A DNA stretch of 24,000 nt from an uncultured beta proteobacterium (GTDB lineage: Bacteria > Pseudomonadota > Gammaproteobacteria > Burkholderiales > Gallionellaceae). Shown here piece by piece: positions 9,387 through 16,049 of the stretch. The stretch is from positions 55,518-79,517 of the forward strand of contig CALNXP010000025.1 of the NCBI GenBank assembly GCA_942490555.1. Reading direction: 5' to 3'. Numbering within the stretch: position 1 is the first letter of the stretch; each line of letters begins with the position of its first letter. Below the pieces are notes generated by a model, which did no database searches, was not told the DNA's origin, and was given only the letters and a program-made list of their open reading frames with translations. Both the position numbers and the translations under genes were made by a program.

Positions 9387-9424
9387 GCGGTGGAATACGC
9401 GATGAAACTGCTATTCCGCCCTAC
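9387..9424 (-). repeat. REP-like hairpin with GTAG head (single unit)
   Basis: The sequence is gcggtggaatacgcgatgaaactgctattccgccctac. On the other strand it reads GTAGGGCGGAATA...TATTCCACCGC, the same architecture as the other GTAGGG REP units in this window. Confidence 0.5.
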
Positions 9425-9567
9425 GCTTGCTGGGTGTTAAAACAAGATAAAAAGGTAAAGTAGTTAATATGGTATTTGACCCCTTCACTATTCGGAACCA
9501 GCAATAATCGTTGGCATCACACCCTCCTAAAAATCAATACGAAAATCAAAGAGTTAAATCAACAATT

Positions 9568-10356
9568 TTATAGAAATGCCCCTAAACGATAAGAAGAAAA
9601 AGAGCGAATTTCTAAAGTCATTGCCATTAAACAGGCGGTTTCATCATTCAAAATAAATCGAAGCTTATAGACATATCCTTGATTTGATCTAACCAAATTA
9701 AATCCATTCGACGTATGCATCATAGCCAAAGTTACTTTCATAATTTTGGCTGGATAATAATTTGAGCTGGTCAACGGGTTGTAACTGGGTGTTTCAATCA
9801 TCCAGCCATGTTTTAAAAATGCCTCCGGCACCCTTGGAAAATGGATACATCGTTGCTTATAGAAATCAACATATTCGTGATAATTTCCCCAATGTTTCGC
9901 ATCTCGCTCAGCAAGAAAAAATTCAAAAACAGAAACAAATGGGGCATCTGATTTAAATTTACCCCCCTCAGATTGATATTTCCGGAACCTGAATTCCATA
10001 AAATCAGAAGAAATATAGCGATATGAATCGTGAGCTTCTTGCTCCATTTGTATATTTAGAATAGATTCAATGGCATTTTTAGTCAGTTCTTTTTCTGATA
10101 ATTCCGACAAAGACATTAAGTTTTCCCAAAGACGTCTAACATCATCATTTGAAAATTGAATCCCAGACTGACTATAGGGAATGTCATTGTCACCCCCCTC
10201 ATCAAATAATAAGGGCATTGAAGGTCTTTGATTTATTTTTAATGCTAATACGTCCTCCCAGTGAAAGATAAAAAATGCAATTAAAAACAATACAAAACAA
10301 GAAATTACATTTTTTACAGCTCGCCCAGTCAACATGCGCATTATATTTTCGCCCAA
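9568..10356 (-). CDS. hypothetical membrane-anchored protein (paralog of the 12216-12851 product)
   Basis: 262-aa ORF in AT-rich DNA with an N-terminal TM/signal-anchor (VISCFVLFLIAFFIFHW). By-eye alignment to the 211-aa ORF shows shared blocks: W..L..L....I....E....ME, then ...GW, then a C-terminal L.(I/F)L..D..C. The start is uncertain (M1, M6 or M8). Confidence 0.5.
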   Translation of the reverse strand: MGENIMRMLTGRAVKNVISCFVLFLIAFFIFHWEDVLALKINQRPSMPLLFDEGGDNDIPYSQSGIQFSNDDVRRLWENLMSLSELSEKELTKNAIESILNIQMEQEAHDSYRYISSDFMEFRFRKYQSEGGKFKSDAPFVSVFEFFLAERDAKHWGNYHEYVDFYKQRCIHFPRVPEAFLKHGWMIETPSYNPLTSSNYYPAKIMKVTLAMMHTSNGFNLVRSNQGYVYKLRFILNDETACLMAMTLEIRSFSSYRLGAFL

Positions 10357-10579
10357 TTTTTTAATTTACGATTCATCAACGCATAAGCCATGCCCAAAAA
10401 TCTGCCTCCCATCGCAAAAGAAAGACCGTTCATTAGGGCATTTTCCTAAAAATAAGAAATCATTATTTTGGGCTTCCCGATATCAGGATATCATCGTTCG
10501 CATGTGCCATATTTTTCATGCGCGAATAAAGCATTCTGATTTAAGATAGCTCGCATCATGATTTAAACCACACGCGACT

Positions 10580-10835
10580 ATGGCTACCTATCTCTTTGTC
10601 CACCAAAATTTTCCCGGTCAGTTTCCCCATATTGCGCGTGAACTGGCGATACTTGGTCATCGTGTCGTGGCAATCGGTGAAAAACAATGGGTAGCACGCC
10701 GTGCCCAACCACATCCCAGAGTAACAGTGCTGAGCTATGAACAACCTCAGGGGGCAAGCCCGCAAACCCATCACTATTTACGTGATTTAGAAGCCCACAC
10801 GCGACGTGGACAAGCTGTATTTAAGGTATGCCAAC
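10580..10835 (+). pseudogene. N-terminal fragment of a GT4-type glycosyltransferase, truncated at the junction with repeat copy A
   Basis: MATYLFVHQNFPGQFPHIARELAILGHRVVAIGE...HHYLRDLEAHTRRGQAVFK matches the conserved N-terminus of a glycosyltransferase family (FVHQNFPGQF.H). Homology stops after about 85 codons, exactly where the 1.2 kb repeat begins (10836). Confidence 0.6.
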
Positions 10836-10907
10836 GATACAGGTCAAGTACCATATTCACCCTTTATGGAGCCAAATGCCAGATTTTACGACCATGTTGG
10901 GGTCACC

Positions 10908-11566
10908 AATGGTTACATCTATTTGGCGGCAACGCGGTTGTCGTTGTTTCGTTCTGAAACCGATTGGGCGATGGTGATAGAGGTGTTTGGCTTTTCTCCT
11001 CGTGCAGGTACGCCTGATACCCAGATTGATACTTTTTCAAGCAAACCCGCGAATCGTAAAACCGCATCGAATTATGTATCTCAAGCTGCTTATGAAAACT
11101 ATTTGAAAAACAATCCCTATAACGAAGCTGCTTGTGTATTTCCGATTGATAATTAGGACTGGATGGATGAAGATGATCCAGAGCAAGTTAAACTGGATTC
11201 TTCGGTTTCTTTACGGGGGAGTTGTTGGCTCCATTCCCGCTAGCATTGTATGCCCAGCATCAGATTGAGCTGGAAGAAAACATTCCTTGTGTTTATGAAT
11301 ATTGTCGCTTACTGGCGGCATTGCACCGAGACAAAGTGCTGGCCCAGCCCGATGAAAAACGGATAAACATAATGCCAGACATGCAGGAAATATTAGTGCT
11401 GGATGAATGGCATCATCCAGATATAGTCGATGAAGAATTGCCCAGACAAAACGAAACTTTCCAGCAACTTGCTCAAGTGTTAGCAACGGGGGATATCAGC
11501 TTATATCGTCCAAGCCAAGCCGCCAATACACACTGGAAAAATTGGCCGGATGGTGGCACCTTGTAG
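10908..11566 (+). pseudogene. 5'-deleted, disrupted copy of a conserved hypothetical ~235-aa gene (same TAG and poly-G frameshift as copy B)
   Basis: The coding sequence starts at NGYIYLAATRLSLFRSETDWAMVIEVFGFSPRAG. An in-frame TAG lies at 11154-11156. The frame changes at acgggggag, and the sequence continues as LLAPFPLALYAQHQIELEE...NWPDGGTL. The start codon and first 25 codons are absent. Confidence 0.6.
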
Positions 11567-11606
11567 GGTGCACTCCGTGCACCATGGTGGATGGAATCCA
11601 CCCTAC
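11563..11606. repeat. inverted REP doublet (BIME-like), GTAG-headed
   Basis: It consists of gtagggtgcactccgtgcacc (11563-11583) and ggtggatggaatccaccctac (11586-11606). Each unit is GTAG plus a 7-bp stem. The TAG of the first GTAG is the stop codon of the preceding ORF. Confidence 0.75.
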
Positions 11607-11673
11607 CTGGGTTTATCTTCGGATTTAGGACTTACGCCTTGACAGAGGTGGCGAAAATCAGTTAAAGCTAAGC

Positions 11674-11871
11674 ATGATAAGAACGACTACTCATCAGCCA
11701 AGCGCCAAATGCACACTTCCCCAATATATTGGATTTATCATGAGCGAACCCAAGCATGCGACCTGTAGCCAGTTAGCCGAAACGCTCGGTATCAGCCATG
11801 ATAGCGCTGGTATGGATCCCGCATTTAAAAAATTAGGTAACGGTGTTTTTAGTTATAAAATTAAGGGCTGA
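11674..11871 (+). pseudogene. N-terminal fragment of a DDE transposase (IS4/IS701-like pattern), truncated
   Basis: The 65-aa ORF reads LPQYIGFIMSEPKHATCSQLAETLGISHDS.., resembling the N-terminal HTH region of IS4/IS701-type transposases (Y...L..EP...C..LAE.L.ISHDS.NRFL). Similarity ends after ISHDS and no catalytic domain follows. This assignment rests on memory of the family. Confidence 0.4.
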
Positions 11872-11965
11872 CATAACTGGCTACTCGGTCTTCCCTGATG
11901 TATGAGTATCATCAAAAATTCAGCTGAAGCCATAGCGTCGGTAAATTGGTCCGGTGTTCAGCCAG

Positions 11966-12047
11966 GTAGGGTGGGCAGGGTGTTTTGCCCACTATTTTGG
12001 CGTTAATGAAATCACCCATGTGGGCACAAAAACGGTGCCCACTCTAC
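11966..12047. repeat. inverted REP doublet, GTAGGGTGGGCA variant
   Basis: It consists of gtagggtgggcagggtgttttgcccac (11966-11992) and gtgggcacaaaaacggtgcccactctac (12020-12047). It begins within 5 nt of the right end of repeat copy A. Confidence 0.7.
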
Positions 12048-12215
12048 CGGGCTTAACGATTCGTTCAGCCATAAAAATATAACGGGTAGGAAGAACGATG
12101 CTGAGAAATAAAAATGGTGCGGTAAAACTCAAGTGTTGCTGTGATGTGCGAGTCATTATTTCAAATCGTAGGTATGGTGTTTGAGGCTTTTTTTCACCGA
12201 TAACAGAAAAATATT

Positions 12216-12851
12216 ATGCTCAATCCAGTGAAGAATAAAAAATTATTACTTGCTCTGTTTTTTTGTTTTGCTGCCGTTTTATGGGCGGCGATCTGTTTAA
12301 TTGTTCCGAAAAAAATAGTTACTGGCGAAAACAAACAAGAAGTTTGGCAAAGTTTGCTGATGTTGATGGAAAAACCTGATGGAAAGATCAGTCGTTTAGA
12401 TGTGGAGCAGGCTTTTGGTTTTAAGATGGAAGAAAAAAGACGGAAAACGCTAGGGGGGATAAACAAGCAAGCGCCCAGATTCTATTATAGTAAAAAAACC
12501 CCTTGGCTTTCTATCGAACATTATTCCTTTATTGAGCATGTTGCATCGACACCGGAAAGTTTACCCTGGTTTGAACTTGTTTGGGGCGATGGGACAAAAA
12601 ATCCCAAGTATTTTATAGCACCTAATACTTGTTATATCAAAATAAACAAGGCACGAATTTTTGAAATGGAACAAATGGGCTGGCGCTATATTGGTGATTC
12701 AAGCCCATTTTTCGGCTTTGATAGCCTTACTATGTATTTTAAAAAAGGGCAACTGGGTAGGTTAACAATCTTGGTAGGTGATGATTATTGTATAAATATG
12801 CTGCGAATTTGGGCTAGCCATAATAATGCAGGATTTGTTGACGATTTTTAA
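12216..12851 (+). CDS. hypothetical membrane-anchored/secreted protein (paralog of the 9568-10356 product)
   Basis: 211-aa ORF with an N-terminal hydrophobic anchor (LLLALFFCFAAVLWAAICLIV). It lies 14 nt upstream of the HExxH ORF, consistent with an operon. It shares sequence blocks with the 262-aa ORF. Confidence 0.55.
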   Translation: MLNPVKNKKLLLALFFCFAAVLWAAICLIVPKKIVTGENKQEVWQSLLMLMEKPDGKISRLDVEQAFGFKMEEKRRKTLGGINKQAPRFYYSKKTPWLSIEHYSFIEHVASTPESLPWFELVWGDGTKNPKYFIAPNTCYIKINKARIFEMEQMGWRYIGDSSPFFGFDSLTMYFKKGQLGRLTILVGDDYCINMLRIWASHNNAGFVDDF

Positions 12852-12865
12852 AGAGAGATAAGCAA

Positions 12866-13555
12866 ATGACAGTAGATTCCCAAAAGACATTAGATCCCAA
12901 TGTTTTGGCGTTATTAGATGGTGAGTTGACTGAGGCGTTAATAGCCTTGGCTGATAAATATTCAACAGCTGCACAAAATATACTAAGCGTATTTGAAAAG
13001 TCTACGCTAATACGTGAACAATATAATGAGTTGTTTGCAACAAAAAAACTACTAGGATTCGATACTCATCTGGATGATGGGACTGGTGCTGTATTTGATG
13101 GAAGTAGGCCCTCAGTTGTATTTAATATATTAGCAGATGGGTCGTTGAAAACAGGCGGTCAGGATCATTTGGCCCTCATTCTAGCGCATGAAGGGCAGCA
13201 TGCGGAAAACCATGATAGGTTGATGCCAGTTGTTAATAAAAACGCAGAGGATTTTAGTAATGCTATTAATACAGCTCTTGCTGTGAAATTGACTGAAAGC
13301 GGTAGAGTCGATATTACAGATATTCTATTAGCCCATCAGCAAGGTTCTCTGGTTAATGAAGCGATGGCTGAGCTGCAAGGCTGGAATGGTTACGTCGATT
13401 ATATGAAAACTGCCAAACCAGAGATCTTTGCTGATATAGATAAGTTAAAAAGAGTTTTTGGTCACCCTCATGGATACGGGTCAAGTACCATATTCACCCT
13501 TTATGGAGCCAAATGCCAGATTTTACGACCATGTTGGGGTCACGTCTTTCCATGA
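12866..13555 (+). CDS. HExxH zinc-metallopeptidase-like protein (possible effector/toxin domain); its last ~27 codons lie inside repeat copy B
   Basis: 229-aa ORF with the motif LALILAHEGQHAENH (HExxH) and no signal peptide. An RBS (agagag) precedes the ATG. The 3' end (SSTIFTLYGAKCQILRPCWGHVFP) lies within the repeated segment that is also found after the glycosyltransferase fragment. Confidence 0.5.
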   Translation: MTVDSQKTLDPNVLALLDGELTEALIALADKYSTAAQNILSVFEKSTLIREQYNELFATKKLLGFDTHLDDGTGAVFDGSRPSVVFNILADGSLKTGGQDHLALILAHEGQHAENHDRLMPVVNKNAEDFSNAINTALAVKLTESGRVDITDILLAHQQGSLVNEAMAELQGWNGYVDYMKTAKPEIFADIDKLKRVFGHPHGYGSSTIFTLYGAKCQILRPCWGHVFP

Positions 13556-13568
13556 CGCATAATCAACC

Positions 13569-14302
13569 ATGAACTACACACCCCAACAAATTCTAGCCAT
13601 TCTCGATGACTGCGCTGAAGCCTTTACTTTCCCGATGCTGGATAATGGTTACATCTATTTGGCGGCAACGCGGTTGTCGTTGTTTCGTTCTGAAACCGAT
13701 TGGGCAATGGTGATAGAGGTGTTTGGTTTTTCTCCTCGTGCGGGTGTGCCAGATACCCAGATTGATGCTTTTTCAAGCAAACCCGCGAATCGTAAAACCG
13801 CATCGAATTATGTATCTCAAGCTGCTTATGAAAACTATTTGAAAAACAATCCCTATAACGAAGCTGCTTGTGTATTTCCGATTGATAATTAGGACTGGAT
13901 GGATGAAGATGATCCAGAGCAAGTTAAACTGGATTCTTCGGTTTCTTTACGGGGGAGTTGTTGGCTCCATTCCCGCTAGCATTGTATGCCCAGCATCAGA
14001 TTGAGCTGGAGGAAGACATTCCTTGTGTTTATGAATATTGTCGCTTACTGGCGGCATTGCACCGAGACAAAGTGCTGGCCCAGCCCGATGAAAAACGGAT
14101 CAACATAATGCCAAACATGCAGGAAATATTAGTGCTGGATGAATGGCATCATCCAGATATAGTCGATGAAGAATTGCCCAGCCAAAATAAAACTTTCCAG
14201 CAACTCGCCCAACTGTTAGCGACAGGTGATGTCAGCTTATACTGCCCAAACCAAGCCGCCAATACACACTGGAAAAATTGGCCGGATGGCGGCACCTTGT
14301 AG
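13569..14302 (+). pseudogene. conserved hypothetical ~235-aa gene interrupted by an in-frame TAG and a 1-nt poly-G deletion (possible immunity-type gene)
   Basis: The first part is ORF 13569-13892 (MNYTPQQILAILDDCAEAFTFPMLDNGYIYLAATR...FPIDN), ending at TAG 13890-13892. The same frame continues as DWMDEDDPEQVKLDSSVSLRG. After the G-run at 13951-13955 the coding sequence moves to the frame of ORF 13958-14302 (ELLAPFPLALYAQ...NWPDGGTL). One extra G would restore a single ORF. Confidence 0.6.
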
Positions 14303-14342
14303 GGTGCACTCCGTGCACCATGGTGGATGGAATCCACCCTAC
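14299..14342. repeat. inverted REP doublet (copy within repeat B)
   Basis: It is identical to 11563-11606, and its GTAG again supplies the ORF stop codon. Confidence 0.75.
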
Positions 14343-14409
14343 CTGGGTTTATCTTCGGATTTAGGACTTACGCCTTGACAGAGGTGGCGAAAATCAGTTA
14401 AAGCTAAGC

Positions 14410-14607
14410 ATGATAAGAACGACTACTCATCAGCCAAGCGCCAAATGCACACTTCCCCAATATATTGGATTTATCATGAGCGAACCCAAGCATGCGACCT
14501 GTAGCCAGTTAGCCGAAACGCTCGGTATCAGCCATGATAGCGCTGGTATGGATCCCGCATTTAAAAAATTCGGTAACGGTGTTTTTAGTTATAAAATTAA
14601 GGGCTGA
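14410..14607 (+). pseudogene. transposase N-terminal fragment (second copy)
   Basis: It matches 11674-11871 with a single amino-acid difference (L to F). Confidence 0.4.
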
Positions 14608-14773
14608 CATAACTGGCTACTCGGTCTTCCCTGATGTATGAGTATCATCAAAAATTCAGCTGAAGCCATAGCGTCGGTAAATTGGTCCGGTGTTCAGACC
14701 TGGAATGTCTATTACCCAGGAACGTGCCCAACACCGTAGCTGTACGTCATCAACTGTCCGACGAGTGTTCAAT

Positions 14774-15433
14774 ATGTCCGCATTGTGTAAAACTAAACCT
14801 GTGATGAAACGCCCAGATTCAACCCATGTGAGGCTGATTGCCTGCCATGACTGTGATTTACTGCACGAATATCAAGTGATTGGCAATAATCGCTCGGCAT
14901 GCTGTGCGCGTTGTGGTGCCACCCTCTATACGCACAAAGTCAATAGTTTAGAGCGTGCTTTAGCTTTAGTATTAGCGGCGTTATGTCTTTGGATAATCGC
15001 GATCACCTTTCCTTTTCTTGCCTTGCGCATGGAGGGGCATGTCGTTCATACCTCGTTAATCACCGGAATGCTGGAGCTATATCGGCAAGATATGCTTACC
15101 TTGGCATTGTTAGTTTTTCTGACAAGCATTCTGGTGCCCATCTTGGAAATAGCCTGTTTGTTATATGTGCTGTTACCCTTACACTTTCGGCAAGTGCTAC
15201 CCTATAGCACCCGGGTTTTTCGTCTGTTACACAAGCTTGAGCCGTGGAGTATGATGGAGGTATTTATGCTGGGGTTATTGGTCTCCGTGGTTAAGCTGAA
15301 CAGCATGGCAGAAATCATTACCGGTGTCGCCTTGTGGTCATTTGTTTTACTTATTTTTCTGCTGGCTTTTACCGCCACCTCTCTGGATACGCGAGAAGTA
15401 TGGGACCGCCTGGGGAGTGACGGTGATAGATAA
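14774..15433 (+). CDS. pqiA: PqiA-family inner-membrane protein, first half-gene
   Basis: It has a zinc-ribbon-like pair CHDCDLL...CARCGATL followed by four hydrophobic helices, as in one PqiA repeat. The start is uncertain (ATG 14774 or 14804; the longest ORF starts at GTG 14690, inside the repeat). Confidence 0.8.
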   Translation: MSALCKTKPVMKRPDSTHVRLIACHDCDLLHEYQVIGNNRSACCARCGATLYTHKVNSLERALALVLAALCLWIIAITFPFLALRMEGHVVHTSLITGMLELYRQDMLTLALLVFLTSILVPILEIACLLYVLLPLHFRQVLPYSTRVFRLLHKLEPWSMMEVFMLGLLVSVVKLNSMAEIITGVALWSFVLLIFLLAFTATSLDTREVWDRLGSDGDR

Positions 15434-16049
15434 ACGCACCGCATTAAGTCAAGGTTTAGTCAGCTGTGCAGATTGCCACTTGATATGCGAGTATCCTGCA
15501 CCACACACTGGGCAGCAGCTGGCTTGTCCACGCTGTGGCGCAAAGTTATTACCGCGTAAGCAAGACAGCCTGTCACGTTGCTGGGCCTATCTGATTGCTA
15601 CGCTGATACTCTATATACCGGCTAACATTATCCCCATTATGTCGGTCACTCAGTTTGGCCAAACACAGTCTGACACGATTTTAACCGGGGTTATTTATCT
15701 GGCAAAAAATGGACAGTGGCCATTAGCGGGATTAATTTTCTTTGCCAGCATTATTGTGCCCCTCTTTAAATTACTTTTATTAGTGATACTGTTGGTAACC
15801 GTACAGCGAAAATCGGCGTGGCGTATGATTGAGCGAACCCGGATGTATCGTTTAACCGAGCTTATTGGGCGCTGGTCTATGGTCGATATTTATGTGGTCA
15901 CCATTCTGGTCGGATTGGTGAAATTCGGTTCGCTTGCCAGTATTGAAGCTGAGGCAGGCGCGATTTTTTTTGGAGCGGTTGTGGTGTTGACTATTCTGTC
16001 AGCCAATGCGTTTGATCCACGCCTGATATGGGATAAAGCGAATGAATGA
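15423..16049 (+). CDS. pqiA: PqiA-family inner-membrane protein, second half-gene
   Basis: It has the same architecture (CADCHLI...CPRCGAKL plus TM helices). The likely start is GTG 15423 (or 15417), preceded by GGGGAG and overlapping the end of the first half-gene. The longer ORF from 15324 overlaps the preceding gene. Confidence 0.8.
   Translation: MIDKRTALSQGLVSCADCHLICEYPAPHTGQQLACPRCGAKLLPRKQDSLSRCWAYLIATLILYIPANIIPIMSVTQFGQTQSDTILTGVIYLAKNGQWPLAGLIFFASIIVPLFKLLLLVILLVTVQRKSAWRMIERTRMYRLTELIGRWSMVDIYVVTILVGLVKFGSLASIEAEAGAIFFGAVVVLTILSANAFDPRLIWDKANE

Larger units (their letters stand above)
10836..11961 (+). repeat. copy A of a ~1.2 kb direct repeat (carries an internal 99-nt net deletion relative to copy B)
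   Basis: It is near-identical by eye to 13473-14697. Identity starts at gatac(a/g)ggtcaagtacc and ends at ggtccggtgttcag. The 100 nt at 13544-13643 in copy B are replaced by a single C (10907) in copy A. Confidence 0.9.
8400..14697. other. AT-richer accessory patch (island-like) between tatD-family gene and pqiA
   Basis: Composition is visibly AT-richer than the flanking GC-rich genes. Content is dominated by gene fragments, a toxin gene, orphan hypothetical proteins, a transposase fragment and large direct repeats. No integrase or tRNA was seen, so the boundaries are approximate. Confidence 0.5.
13473..14697 (+). repeat. copy B (longer) of the ~1.2 kb direct repeat
   Basis: See copy A. Copy B retains the 100-nt segment 13544-13643, which holds the start of the 107-aa ORF. 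Confidence 0.9.

Noticed and set aside
10841-10906. The left 66 nt of the repeat read as ..VPYSPFMEPNARFYDHVGV could be an IS630-type transposase tail (YSP.LNPIE motif).
   Set aside because: The match is limited to PYSP. The catalytic E context is absent and the reading frame is ambiguous, so this is too weak to call.
10806-11156. The 116-aa ORF looks like an intact gene (MDKLYLRYANDTGQVPYSPF...NGYIYLAATR...).
   Set aside because: It is a chimera created by the junction with the glycosyltransferase fragment and the 99-nt deletion in repeat copy A. The authentic start is seen only in copy B (13569).
11445-11514. The divergent patch between the two repeat copies could be a diversity-generating retroelement template/variable pair.
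   Set aside because: The roughly 14 substitutions I see involve all base types and are not adenine-specific. No reverse transcriptase gene is present in the window.
12109-12195. A small Cys-rich ORF (MLRNKNGAVKLKCCCDVRVIISNRRYGV) with an upstream purine-rich stretch.
   Set aside because: It is only 28 codons with no recognisable family and no second copy. It cannot be told apart from a chance ORF.
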